64,000 nt of DNA. It comes from Mobula hypostoma (Eukaryota). The position numbers and the translations under genes were made by a program. Positions 50,000 to 62,708 of the stretch are shown here, piece by piece. Location of the stretch: positions 21,578,001 to 21,642,000 of the forward strand of contig NC_086118.1 of NCBI RefSeq assembly GCF_963921235.1, in the 5' to 3' direction. A model generated the notes under the pieces. That model saw nothing but the letters and a program-made list of their open reading frames with translations. It did no database searches and had not been told where the DNA came from. How positions within the stretch are numbered: the stretch's first letter is position 1; every line of letters begins with the position of its first letter.

Positions 50000-50670
50000 G
50001 ATACAGGGTCTGGTAAGGAAACGTCAATGCACTTGAATTGAAAATCCGACAAAAAGTAGTGGATACAGCCCGGTCCATCGTGAGTAAAGGCCTCCCCACC
50101 ATTAAACACATCTACACGGAATGTGCTTCTTCTTCTTGAGCTGCATAACTCAAGTCCACATTTCAATTTCATTCTCCAGCCTTCGTTAGGTTTGCTCTTG
50201 TTGAATGCCGGCGGGATCCTATAGTTGGTAAGCAACATCCATCCTCAAGGATCCCAACCACCCAGGTCATGCTGCCATCAAGAAGAAGGTATGGGAGCCT
50301 CAGGACCCACACACAAGGTTCAGGAACAACTATTATCCCTCAACCATCAGGCTCTCGAACCAGAGGTGATAACTTCACTCAATTTCACTCACCCTATCGC
50401 TGAACTGTTCCCACAAACTATGAACTCACTTTCAAGGACTCTTCCTCCCATGTTCTTCATGTCTATTGCTTACTAAATAATTAATTCATCATTATTTTTA
50501 TTTTCTCCTTTGTGGGTACAGTTTGTTGTCTTTTGCACATTGGTTGGTTGGTTGTCTGTCCTGTTGAGCATGGTCTTTCGTTTACTGTATATGCCTGCAA
50601 GAAAATAAATCTCAGGGTTGCATATGATGACGTATATGCACTTTGATAATAAATTTACTTTGAACTTTGA
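50000..50670 (+). mobile_element. Rex1/Babar-like 3' fragment
   Basis: Homologous to 16670-17590; ends aataaatttactttgaactttga. Confidence 0.85.
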
Positions 50671-52104
50671 ATGCTCATCCAGACACATGGTGGGGATTGT
50701 GAAGGAATTTATCCCCACCTGCCTGTTGGAGGTTGTGTGCGGAGACAATCCAGAGTACGATTTGCTACCAGGTTTCAGTCCCAAACCCACTCACTAATTA
50801 TTTTAGTTTGCATGCTCCACAGTGAAAATGAATTGGGTCTGTTTTAGCGTACAGTGCTAATGAGCAGAGCAGTCTTTTGAAAAGGGTGAGGCAGCAACTT
50901 CACTCTCTTTCTAAACTTGAAGCACTCTTGAACCCATGACGCCTCTTTGAGAGCCAGCAGTCTCTAACTCAGGTTCCTATTGCTGAGTAGCTTCTTCCTG
51001 GCTACCTTGACCAATATAATAGCCAGCAGTCACATAATCAAGGTTTGGCCATTAAAGTTGATGTCCTCCCATTGAATCTCTGAGGTAATCTGCCTGCTCA
51101 CAATAATTTGAAGCTTCCCACACTCTGGGATAGAAGTATGAAAGAATTGGCTGTGGATCAGTGGTGGTGAAACAGGGTATGATACACGTGGGAACGTTTG
51201 CCAATAGTGGAGATTCCTTAAAGTTACAAACTCTGGAGTTTCCTACACAGAATATAATGCTGGGAAAGTTTGGATAATGCTGACAGGTTAACTTCTAAAC
51301 ATTTGAATGAAGAACCCACAGTTATTTAATGTTTGATTATATATATATAGTTGTTCAGTTTGCATTTCATATCTGGATTAACATTGTTCTTTGGCAGTGT
51401 ATAATTGCTTTCTCCTGAGGTTCTGGAAACTTGCCTCATGAAAGGCTAATGAATGACTTGTTCTGGCCTGGTTTGTGTCTCATTTGTTTGACCTGGATTA
51501 GTACATTTACTGCTATCGACTGAATGAAATGGAGAAAGGATGGTGAGGCGAGGGACAGATGGGGGGCTGGGCAGCTGGTGGAATCTCCTTAATCCACTTC
51601 ACATAAATCAGTCTCAGATGGAAACTCCTGAACTTTTCTAACATTAAAGTAATGAACTTACCATTCACAGAATCTTTAAATGGTAAACAATAGTAAATCA
51701 GACTGAGGGAAAGTATCTCCATTATTTACAGATCGGAGCTCTTCTCGTCTCCTCTCTCTGCCAGCATTTGTTGAAGTTGATCCACCTCCTACATCTGTTC
51801 CATGTTGCACAAATGTGATGTTTTGATCCTTGAATGCAATTAATTACGAGCATACATTGAGCTATGGTTTGAAAATCTCGAGCTGTACATTAATCTGCCC
51901 AACTGTGTTGATCAGCTCATCTGATAGGAACCAGTGGATTGCTGGATATGAGGGAAAAGCTAAAAGAGTTGGACATATGAAGACTTGCCCTAAAGAAGAA
52001 TGTCACAACCACGAATAGGTATAGCAAAGGTAGTAACAATACTAATCTTCCACTTCTAGTGTCTAGGTTTCGATTCACAAAGAGGGGACTTAGTCACTGT
52101 AAGG

Positions 52105-53296
52105 CAGCGGTCCCCAACCACCGGGCTGCAAGGCATGTGCTACCGGGCCGCGAGGAAACGATATGATTTGGCGATATGAGTCAGCTGCATCTTTCCTCAT
52201 TCCCTGTCATGCACTGCTGAGCTGGAACGCATGCGAGATCATTACGCGCGCGTCATCCATGTCAGCGTGGGAAGGAGATCAACTCCTCAAGCTTGCAAAT
52301 GACGGCGGGCTGAAAAGTATGTTTGACATAACATGTCTGTCCGCATTCCGGATGAAAGTCAAGGGTGAATATCCTGAGATAGCCACGAAAGCACTGAAAA
52401 CGTTGCTTCCATTTCCAACATATCTCTGCAATGAATGCAACAAAAACTAAATTGCGGAATAGACTGGACATAAGGAACCCCGTTCGAGTATCGCTGTCTC
52501 CTGTCTCCCCTCGATAGGACCGTCCTGTTGCAGGAAAACAAGCCCAGGGCTCCCACTGATTCAGCGATATTGGTGTGTTGCAATGATTTTGTATGTTCAT
52601 ACAGGGAAAATATGTGCTGTGTACTGAATATCCAAACGTTACTTAAAATGTTATGATGCTATTGACTTACTTATATAACCATGTAACAATTACAGCACGG
52701 AAACAGGCGATCTCGGCCCTTTTAGTCCGTACCGAACGCTACTCTCACCTCGTCCCACCGACCTGCACTCAGCCCATAACCCTCCATTCCTTTCCTGTCC
52801 ATATACCTATCCAATTTAACTTTAAATCATAATATCTAACCTGCTTCTGCCACTTCTACTGGAAGTTCATTCAACACTTACTTCAAGCTCCCCTGTCCTC
52901 CCCTGATAACTGACTTATCACTACATTTATGCAAGGAAAATATGCACTGTGTGTTTAATATTAAATTCGTTAGATGAACCCCTTTAGAAACAAAAATTGA
53001 GTGTATTAGCTACTTATCACCAATATTCCAGTCGTGATTAACTACCCCACCCTGCGCGAACAGAATCGCGAAAAACGATTTGTAAAAAAACGGCACGTGC
53101 AAGTCACGCATGTGCACTGGTGCCCGCGCAAGGCTTCGTGGTCATTGTAGTCTTTTTTGGGTAAACGCAACGTATTTGACTGCTACTCTTGTCCGTTGGC
53201 AACCACCCCTCCCCCCGCCCACCCCGGTCGGCCGGTCCGCAAGAATATTGTCAATATGAAACCAGTCCACAGTGCAAAAAAAGTTGGGGACCCCTG
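52105..53296 (+). mobile_element. hAT (Charlie-like) non-autonomous DNA transposon
   Basis: TIR cagcggtccccaac / gttggggacccctg; perfect 8-bp TSD CTGTAAGG; transposase C-terminal remnant EYPEIATKALKTLLPFPTYLC; carries a CR1 3' piece at about 52680-52870. Confidence 0.93.
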
Positions 53297-53337
53297 CTGT
53301 AAGGAAGCATTCACAGCACAAAACTCCCTCTAGGGTA

Positions 53338-53458
53338 AAGCAACACACATCAAAGTTGCTGGTGAATGCAGCAGGCCAGGCAGCATCTGTAGGAAGAGGT
53401 GCAGTCCACGTCCCAGGCCGAGACCCTTCGTCAGCGCCAACTGAAGGAAGAGTGAGTG
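53338..53458 (-). mobile_element. Inverted Penelope pLTR fragment
   Basis: Reverse complement of about 55620-55740; hammerhead GAAA mutated to GGGA. Confidence 0.85.
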
Positions 53459-53957
53459 GAACACCATGGCTATCTCAGATAGGTTGCTTGTTGTTTTCTC
53501 CATTTCCTTTTGCTCTTTCTCCTGCTCTATTTTCTTGTTTCCTTTTCCCTCTTGATTTTTTTTATTGTTTCTTTTTGACAAACTACAACGGGCCAACTTG
53601 ATCAGATCCATAGGACCCAAACCAGTTCGAGTGTCCAGGAAATGTGGTAATAAGCATACAAGCATAACAAAGTAAATTAAACCTAATTTATTAACAAAAA
53701 AAAGCACAAATAAACCACACTAAATACTACGTAATAAGTTAAAAAAGATTTACACAAGGGTTTCAGAATCCACAGTTCTCAGCTGCCACTTGATTGTCAG
53801 GGGGATCTCTGAATTCCAACTTGAGAAATCACCCTGGGTCCATTCTAGGCACCTATTAATCACGAGCCTTGGTCTCGGTGAAGTCTTAAGGACTCAGTGA
53901 AAGGTGCCTCAATCAATAGGGGTTCACAAGCATTGAGAGACACAAAGAGACAGATAA

Positions 53958-55345
53958 ATTCTGGCCCCCACCGTCTTATTTTCACCATGGATGTCCAGTC
54001 CCTATATACTTCCATCCCCCATCAGGAAGGTCTCAAAGCTCTCCGCTTCTTTTTGGATTCCAGACCTAACCAGTTCCCCTCTACCACCACTCTGCTCCGT
54101 CTAGCGGAATTAGTCCTTACTCTTAATAATTTCTCCTTTGGCTCCTCCCACTTCCTCCAAAACAAAGGTGAAGCCATGGGCACTCGTATGGGTCCCAGAT
54201 ATGCCTGCCTTTTCGTTGGTTAAGTGGAACAGTCCATGTTCCAAGCTATACCGGTATCCGTCCCCACACTTCTCCTTCGCTACATCAACAACTGCATTGG
54301 AGCTGCTTCCTGCATGCATGCTGAGCTAATTGACCATTAACTTTGCCTCCAACTTTCACTCTGCCCTCAAATTTACCTGGTCCAATTCTGACACCTCCCT
54401 CCCCTTTCTTGCTCTTTCTATCTCTATCTCTGGAGACAGCTTATCTACTGATGTCTACTATAAGCCCACAGACTCTCACAGCTATCTGGACTATTCCTCT
54501 TCTCACCCTGTCTCTTGCAAAAATGCCATCCCCTTCTCGCAATTCCTCCGTCTCCACCGCATCTGCTCTCAGGATGAGGCTTTTCATTCTAGGACGAGGG
54601 AGATGTCTTCATTTTTTAAAGAAAGGGGCTTCCCTTCCTCCACTATCAACTCTGCTCTTAAACGCATCTCCCCCATTTCACGTACATCTGCTCTCACTCC
54701 ATCCTCCCACCACCCCACTAGGAATAGGGTTCCCCTGATCCTCACCTACCACCCCACCAGCCTCCGGGTCCAACATATTATTCTCCGTAACTTCCGCCAC
54801 CTCCAACGGGATCCCACCACTAAGCATATCTTTCCCTCCCCCCCCTCTCTGCATTCCGCAGGGATCGCTCCCTACACAACTCCCTTGTCCATTCGTCCCC
54901 CCCATCCCTCCCCACTGATCTCCCTCCTGGCACTTATCCGTGTAAGCGGAACAAGTGCTACACATGCCCTTACACTTCCTCCCTTACCACCATTCAGGGC
55001 CCCAAACAGTCCTTCCAGGTGAGGCATCACTTCACCTGTGAGTCGACTGGGGTGATATACTGCGTCCGGTGCTCCCGATGTGGCCTTTTATATATTGGTG
55101 AGACCCGACGCAGACTGGGAGACCGCTTTGCTGAACATCTACGCTCTGTCCGCCAGAGAAAGCAGGATCTCCCAGTGGCCACACATTTTAATTCCACATC
55201 CCATTCCCATTCTGACATGTCTATCCACGGCCTCCTGTACTGTAAAGATGAAGCCACACTCAGGTTGGAGGAACAACACCTTATATTCCGTATGGGTAGC
55301 CTCCAACCTGATGGCATGAACATTGACTTCTCTAACTTCCGCTAG
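53958..55345 (+). pseudogene. Penelope-like RT plus GIY-YIG endonuclease ORF (5'-truncated, stops and frameshifts)
   Basis: FTMDVQSLYTSIP, GEAMGTRMGP, VYYKPTDSHSYL, GVIYCVRCSRCGLLYIGET...RFAEH. Confidence 0.93.
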
Positions 55346-56200
55346 GCCCCACCTCCCCCTCGTACCCCATCTGTTACTCTTTTTTATGCACACATTCTTT
55401 CTCTCACTCTCCTTTTTCTCCCTCTGTCCCTCTGAATATACCTCTTTCCCATCCTCTGGGTCACCCCCCCCCCCGTCTTTCTTCCTGGACCTCCTGTCCC
55501 ATGATCCTCTCGTATCCCCTTTTGCCTATCACCTGTCCAGCTCTCGGCTCTATCCCTCCCCCTCCTGTCTTCTCCTATCATTTTGCATCTCCCCCTCCCC
55601 CTCCAGCTTTCAAATCCCTCACTCACTCTTCCTTCAGTTAGTCCTGACGAAGGGTCTCGGCCTGAAACGTCGACTGCGCCTCTTCCTATAGATGCTGCCT
55701 GGCCTGCTGCGTTCACCAGCAACTTTGATGTGTGTTGCTTGAATTTCCAGCATCTGCAGAATTCCTGTTGTTTACTGTGTCCGGTGCTCCCTTCTGTATA
55801 TTGGTGAGCCCTGACGCAGACTGGGAGAACGTTTCGCTGAACACCTACGCTCTGTCTGCCAGAGAAAGCAGGATCTCCCAGTGGCCACACATTTTAAATC
55901 CACGTCCCATTCTCATTCTGATATGTCAATCCATGGCCTCCTCTGCTGTCGGGATGAAGCCACACTCAGGTTGGAGGAACAACACCTTATATTCTGTCTG
56001 AGTAGCCTCCAACCTGATGGCATGAACATTGATTTATCTAACTTCTGCTAATGCCCCTCCTCCCCTTCTTACCCCATCCCCTATTTTATTTATTCATTTA
56101 TTTCCCCCTTTTTTTTCTCTCTCTCTTTCCCTCTCACAATCATTCCTTGCCTGCTCTCCATCTTCCTCTGGTGCTCCCCTCCCCCTTTCTTTCTTCCGTG
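55346..56200 (+). mobile_element. Penelope pLTR followed by a partial tandem copy (55776-56200)
   Basis: 55776-56050 repeats 55062-55345; partial tandem arrangement typical of PLEs. Confidence 0.88.
55640..55675 (+). ncRNA. Minimal type I hammerhead ribozyme (intact core)
   Basis: AGTC-CTGACGA-AGGgtctcggCCT-GAAA-CGTC-GACT; stem I AGTC/GACT; predicted cleavage after C55671. Confidence 0.8.
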
Positions 56201-56569
56201 TCTCCAGCTTTGTTTCCCTTTAGCCAATCTACAGACACCATGCATGCTGCAAACTCACAAAGAGCTAAACTGTCACTTCAAATTGTTCAGACTTTCATCT
56301 AATATTTTAACAAAATTTAATACACCACAACACGTCAACCTTATAATTGTTTTCTCATTTCTGTCCCACTTTCTCAAACTTCTTCATTTGATCTTTTCCT
56401 TGAGTTGGTTGATTGCAGATTAAATTTATTTTACTCAAGGCTTTAGGCCCCAGATTCTGATTGGTTGGCTAGAGATGCTGAGGCTTTCTTTGGAAATGAT
56501 GGGTCTAAATTCTGGGATTTATAGGTGAGAAGTCAGTCGTTGTTGCTTTTGGGAACTGGTTAGTTTAAA

Positions 56570-56835
56570 GGACCTCTGCCATCCAGCAGGACAAGGGCAG
56601 CACGTCTAGGGAAACACCACCAGCCACCGTTTTCCCTCCAAATCACACACAATCCTGATTTGGAAGTATTTCAATGTTCCTTCATCATAGCTAGGCTTAA
56701 ATCCAGGAGCTGCCTGCTCACAAAAACCTGTGGAATTGTCTTAATCCAAACAATTGCAGTACTTCAGTAGGGAGACCCAGCACGGCCAATAGGAATTGGC
56801 AATAGGTGTTGCGTTTATTAACAATGTTCACATCC
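56570..56835 (+). mobile_element. CR1-superfamily 3' fragment
   Basis: Reverse-complement similarity to 21660-21900. Confidence 0.55.
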
Positions 56836-56869
56836 TGAAACATTAATAACTTACAAAAATTGACAGAAA

Positions 56870-57700
56870 AGTTAGCCTGGCTGTTGTAACTTTTCCAAGT
56901 TTGCTAAAGTCAAGAGGATAGTCAAGGAAACTGGAGCCTATAAGGGATCAAAATGTGGATGCATTGGTCACAGATAGTTCTCAATGAATACTATGTATAT
57001 CTTCACAATAGAGATGGAGGGTGTTGATGTTGATTGAGAATGCTGGATGAACTAAGAGACATTTACCTGCACTGAACTTTCTCTTGTAGCTGTTACATTT
57101 AATTCTGCATCATTATTGTGTTATCTTGTTCTACCTCAATATATTGTATCTGATCTGGTATGAACAGTATGTAAGACAACTTTTTTTTACTGTATCTCAG
57201 TACACATGACACTAATAAACCAATTTCAATTCTAATTCCAGTTTTAAATGTTTTGAAAGTTTAAGTTGTCAGGACATGATGAAATAAATCACAGATGTAT
57301 GAGAACAAATAAGGAAGTGAAAAAATTGCAAAGGCTCATGATCCCTGACTAAAGGCGTGGTGTCAGATAATTACTGGACTGCACACATTGTACATTGCCT
57401 AAAAAGGAAGGAATGGATAAACTGTAATTACAGGTCAATTAGGTTAGCTGGTGATGGGCTAATTATTGGGATCTATTTCAAGGGACAGGACTGGCAATTT
57501 GGAATTTGTCTGCCCAGCTTGGAAAAAAAAACTTCTGAGGAGGCAACAAGAAGGGTTGATAAGAGCTGTCATTTTCAACATGGAACTTCGGCTTTTGAAA
57601 AAGTCCCCAGAGCAGGTTGATCGAAAGAATGAATGCCAATGGGATCCAAAAGCAAGTAGGACTGAGATCTTTTATTGCCTCAATGATAGGAAAGAGTAAT
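56870..57700 (+). mobile_element. Old CR1 fragment, resuming at about 63300-63750
   Basis: NYWTAHIVHCLKRK...NYRSIRL resembles the CR1 DW..ANV..NYRPISL motif. Confidence 0.55.
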
Positions 57701-57884
57701 TGCTTTACATATGAGTTTCTCCTAGATGCTCTGCTTTCCTCCTGCAATCTAAAGATATTCTGGCTGACAAGATAATTGGCAGTGGTAAATTACCCCTAAA
57801 GCAGCAGTGCAGAGAACTGATAGGTACATGAGCGAGAGTAGATGATTGGGAAACATGTGGGGAGTTGGACTGATGTTATTGTTC

Positions 57885-58410
57885 TGTCAAGACGCTGAAA
57901 CAGGGACCCAATTGCAGACCAAGGACTGCGTGCACGGTGGTGTTTACTGAACAGCAAATCCAGAGGGGCAACAAGGTCAGCATTAAAGTTCAGGCGGAGA
58001 TCAAAAATTCCGGAGAAATCTAAAAACCAGAATCGGGAAACAGGCAGAGTCGATATTCAAACAGACAGAGTACAGATACAAATGCTGGAAAGGCTCAGGA
58101 AAACTCACTGGCACAATCTGGCAACAAACAGGTGAAAACACAGGACTGAAATACACTGAGCAATATACAGAGGCGCAGATGATAGATGGAGCACAATGAG
58201 ACACAGGTGACAGCAAAACAGGTAATAATGAGAAACAGGTGAGAGGCTGAGTACTCAGTAATACCAGGGCCGGAGTAGAGCAGGAGCAGGACAGGAGCAG
58301 GAGCACATGGGGCATGAAAACAAACAAGAACACATGGCAATACAAAACCACAGACTGACGGCCAGGGGGAAAACACACAAAAAGACAGAGCTCAACTGGA
58401 GGCACTGACA
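57885..58410 (-). repeat. Gypsy 3' LTR
   Basis: Direct repeat of 62709-63242 with many substitutions. Confidence 0.95.
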
Positions 58411-58439
58411 GTACCCCTCCCCACACCCTCTACGGACGC

Positions 58440-61400
58440 CTTCTGGCGTCACGGCAGGTAGAGCTGGGTGCTGGCGATGAAAGTTCCTGATGAGGGAGGA
58501 GTCCACGATGTTATGGGCGGGGACCCAGCACCTCTCCTCAGGACCATGGCCCTCCCAGTCCACAAGGTCCTGGAGGCCATGGCCCTGGCGATGAACATCT
58601 AGCAGTTGACGCACTATGAAGGCCTCTGACCCATCGATGAGCCATGGGGGGAGGGGGGGTTTGAGGACAGGACACGGGGGGGGGGCTTATGAAAGGCTTG
58701 ATGCAGGACACATGGAAGGTGGGATGAATGCGGCAGAGAGTGGAGGGGAGCTTGAGGTGGACGGCAGCAGGGCTGATGAATTTAGAAATGGGAAAGGGGC
58801 TGATGAAGCAGGGGGTGAGCTTGCGGGAATCCACCTTGAGGGGCAGGTCTCAGGTTGAAAGCCACACATGCTGTCCCTGGCAGTAACTGGGGCTTCGGAA
58901 CGATGGTGGTCAGCTCGACGCAGAAGAATGGAAAAGGGTGGAGCGAGTGTGCCTCCACGTCCGCTGACAATGGCGGATGAATGCATCGACAGATGGAACG
59001 CCAACCTCCTCCTCCCGGGCAGGAAACAGTGGAGGTTGGTAGCCAAGGCAGCACTCGAAGGGGGACAGACCGGTGGATGAGGACGGATAAGAGTTCATGG
59101 CGTACTCGGCCCAGGGTAGCTGCTGACTCCACACAGAGGGGTTCTGGGAGACCAGACACTGCAATACTGTCTCTAGCTGTTGGTTGGCTCACTCGGTCCG
59201 GCCATTGGTCTGTGGGTGGAATCCTGAAGACAGACTCACAGAGGCACCCAGAAGATTACAGAATGCCCTCCAGAAGTTGGATGTGAATTGAGAGCCCCTG
59301 TCTGACACAACGTCTACAGGTAAACCATGCAATTTAAAAACATGCAGTACTAGTAATTTGGCTGTTTCTTTGGCAGAGGGGAGTTTAGGTAAAAGAATGA
59401 AATGTACAGACTTGAAGAAACGATCAACTACTGTGAGAATGGTGATGTTACCATCTGATGGGGAAGACCGGTGACAAAATCCAGGGCAATGTGGGACCAA
59501 GGCCTCTTGAGGATAGACAGAGGTTGTAACCAACCAGTGGGTGACTGGTTAGAGTTCTTGCCTTGAGCACAGACCAAGCAGGCTGAGACAAAATTGCAGA
59601 TGTCATCTCCCATGGAGGGCCACCAGAACCACCGACTGATGAAGGCTGAGTACACTTGGTTCCAGGGTGACAGGATAACTGGGAAGAATGACCTCACTGC
59701 AATACCTGTGTGCGGACAGAGCTGGGAACATAAACGCAGTTAGCGGGGCATTGACTAGGGGCTGCCTCGCTCTATTGAGCAGCTTGCACGACGGATTCAA
59801 TGTCCCATTGCGCTGCACCCACAAGACAGTGAGCAGGGAGGATGACATCAGGTACCTCAGGGGTCTCAGAGGACGGGAATCTTCAGGAGAGGGCATCAGG
59901 TTTTCCATTCTTGGAACTGAGGCGGAAGGACAGAGTAAAATTGAATCTTGAGAAAAACAGGGACCAATGAGCTTGATGCGAGTTGAGATGCTTGGCAGTA
60001 TGGATATTCTAGATTCTTGTGATCAGTCCAGACTAAGAATGGCACCTTGGCTCCCTCCAGTCAATGCCTCCACTCCTCCAGAGCTAGCTTCACAGCCAGT
60101 AGCTCCCGACGTCATAATCCGCTCTGTGGGAGTGAGGTGGTGAGAGAAGGTGGTGCAGGGGTGTACCATCTCATTCTTGGCCGAGCGCTGAGAGAGAACA
60201 GCTCCTACGCCAATGTCAGATGCATCCACCTCCGCAATGAACTGCCGATCGGTGTCGGGTTGAATCAGAATGGGGGCAGAGGTGAAACCTTGCTTCAGAT
60301 CAGAGAATGCTTTTTCAGCAGCAGGGGACCAGGAGAATCTGATAGCAGATGAGGCAAGAGGAGTGAGTGGTGCAGCCAATGTACTGTAATTTCTGATGAA
60401 GCGGTGATAGAAGTTAGCAAAGTCCAAGAAGCATTGCAACTCTCAATGAGTTGAAGGTTGGGGCCATTCGACCACCGCCTTGACCTTCTGTTGGTCCATC
60501 TGAATGGAACTGCCTGAAATTACATACCCCAGGAAGGAGACTGTATTGCAATGAAACTCATTTCTCAGCCTTCACAAAGAGCTGGTTCTCCAGAAGGTGC
60601 TGGAGAACTCTGTGGACGTGACCTGTGTGTTCAGCAGGGGACTTAAAAAAAAAATCAGTATGTCGTCAAGATACACAAAAACAAATTGGTTCAGCATGTC
60701 CCTGAGAACGTCTTTTACCAGGGCTTGGAAGACGGTGGGGGCATTGGGGAGACTGAATGGCATGACCAGATACTCGCAATGGCCTGAGGTGGTGTTGAAG
60801 GCCGTCTTCCACTCGTCCCCTTCACGGATGCGGGCAAGATGGTAGGCATTACGGACATTAAGCTTGGTGAAAACTAAGGCTCTTTGCAGTAGTTCAAATG
60901 CCAAGGTCACGAGTGGAAGAGGGTAACCGTTCTTAACAGCGACTTCATTCAGTCCCCGGTAACCAATGCATGGACGCAAGGAGCCGTCCTTCTTTTCAAC
61001 AAAGAGAAAAACTGACACCAGTCGGGGAGGAAGACAGCCGGATGATGCCTGCAGCCAGAGACTCTTGAATGTACTTACTCATGGTTTCTGTTTCAGGTAT
61101 GGACAGGGAATACAGGCGGCCCCTTGGGGGAGATGTGCCAGGCAAGAGGTCACTGGCGCAATCATATGGACGATGAGGCGGCAGGGAAGTGGCCCTGGAC
61201 TTACTGAACACAGCCTTGAGGTCCATGTATTCTGGAGGGATGACACTAAGGTCTGGAAATTCCTCAGGCGGATCTGGGCTTGGAGACAAGGGGATCTGAG
61301 CATGGCGGGGCAGTGGGAGTGACAGAATGTACTCCAGCCCACAATCTTGTGACTGAGCCAGTCAACGTGGGAGGTCGTGTTGAACTAACCATGGATGGCC

Positions 61401-61745
61401 CAGGACAATCGGAGCTTGAGGAGCGTCAATAACATAAAGGGTTAACTGTTCATGATTGTTGCCGGATAAACTGAGACTCACCAGGGCCGTGACATGGGTG
61501 ATTTTAGCCAGTCTCTGACTGTTCAAGGCATTGGCCACCAATGGTGACTGGAGAGCGGAAGTGGGTAATCCCCATTGGGCAGCCAAGCTGGAATTGATAA
61601 AACACCCTTCCGCACCAGAATTGACCAAGACGGAGACTGCTCGCCATTCCAGAGAAGCAGGTATGAGAATGAGTGGCATCCAGCAGGACCGGACAGGGGT
61701 CACGCTCACCAGTAATCTTCGTCCTACTGGTGAGCTCTTGGCTTT
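58440..61745 (-). pseudogene. pol: Gypsy pol (protease, RT, RNase H, integrase, chromodomain), frameshifted
   Basis: [21 protein letters not shown]...YLVMPF...[35 protein letters not shown]...[25 protein letters not shown]. Confidence 0.95.
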
Positions 61746-62692
61746 TGCTGGGCAGGTGGAGATGAAGTGGGCTGGTTGGCCACAGTACAGACAGGCATAG
61801 GTGCTGATTCTCCTTTGTCTTTCTGTCGGGTGCAGTCAACCTTCATAGCTTCGGCCTCTGGTACAGGACTTGTAGATGGGGCAAATGGCAGGACAATGTA
61901 GACTGATGAGGAGCTTGAAACTCACCCAGTGCCCCCAGGGACCCTCTGGAACCCCTCCCTCTGTGGCACTGCTGAAGGTAAACATCAAGGGCTTCAAAGG
62001 TGGCAGGAAGGTCCTGGGTGACCAGCTCTTCTTTAATGTCTTCTGAGAGGCCAATCAGGAAGGTGTCGTGCTGTGCCTCTGAGTTCCAGCCACTAGAGGT
62101 GGCTAGGGTACAGAACTCTATGGCATAATCTGACACAGATCTGCACCCCTGGTGCATGTGTAGCATTTCACGGGCAGCCTCTCTCCCACGTTTGGGGCAA
62201 TCAAACACTTCTCTCACCTCCTGAGAAAATAACTGAAAACTGATGCAGAAAGGGGAGCCTGCCTCCCAGACGGCTGTTCCCCATTCTTTCACCCAACCGG
62301 ACAGTTGGGTGATGATGTATGCCACCTTGGCTCAATCAGTCGGAAATGTTGTCGATTGTAATTCAAAAATGAGGGTGCGCTGGGCAAGAAAAGAGCAGCA
62401 GGTACCGGGCTCACCTGCATACTTTTCTGGAGGAGGCAGATGGGGCTCTTGGACAGGAGGGGTGAGCGAGAACACAGAGGGCGGGGCAGAAGGTGCAGTC
62501 GCAGAATATTGATGGGCGCTCTGGGCTCTGGGACAGTTGGAGTGACTGAGTCTGGGCCACAAGATCGGCTACATTGGCAGAAAGTGACTCCACTGCCCTG
62601 AACATAGAGTCCAGCTGGTTCTGGTGTCTCCCCAGCATCACTCCCTGTTGTTCCAGGACAGCTCTCAGATGACCAGGGTCTGCTGGATCCAT
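61746..62692 (-). pseudogene. gag: Gypsy gag with CCHC zinc knuckle, frameshifted
   Basis: MDPADP..., PEKYAGEPGTCCSFLAQ, SVSDYAIEF..LA..SGWN, CLYCGQPAHFISTCP. Confidence 0.92.
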
Positions 62693-62708
62693 TCTGGCCA
62701 GATTGTTC

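Noticed and set aside
51725..51790. Possible minus-strand terminal exon EVDQLQQMLAERGDEKSSDL*
   Set aside because: No polypyrimidine tract at the acceptor, no recognisable homology and no partner exons.
61362..62692. Domesticated PEG10/RTL1-like gene
   Set aside because: Both LTRs and the TSD are present, gag and pol carry many stops and frameshifts, and the protease DSG reads NSG; this is a dead provirus.
57880..62708. TSD TGTTC equals the five bases internal to the 5' LTR (62704-62708), hinting at a tandem or recombined provirus
   Set aside because: Both outer flanks continue a decayed SINE/CR1 host rather than Gypsy internal sequence; most simply a coincidence.
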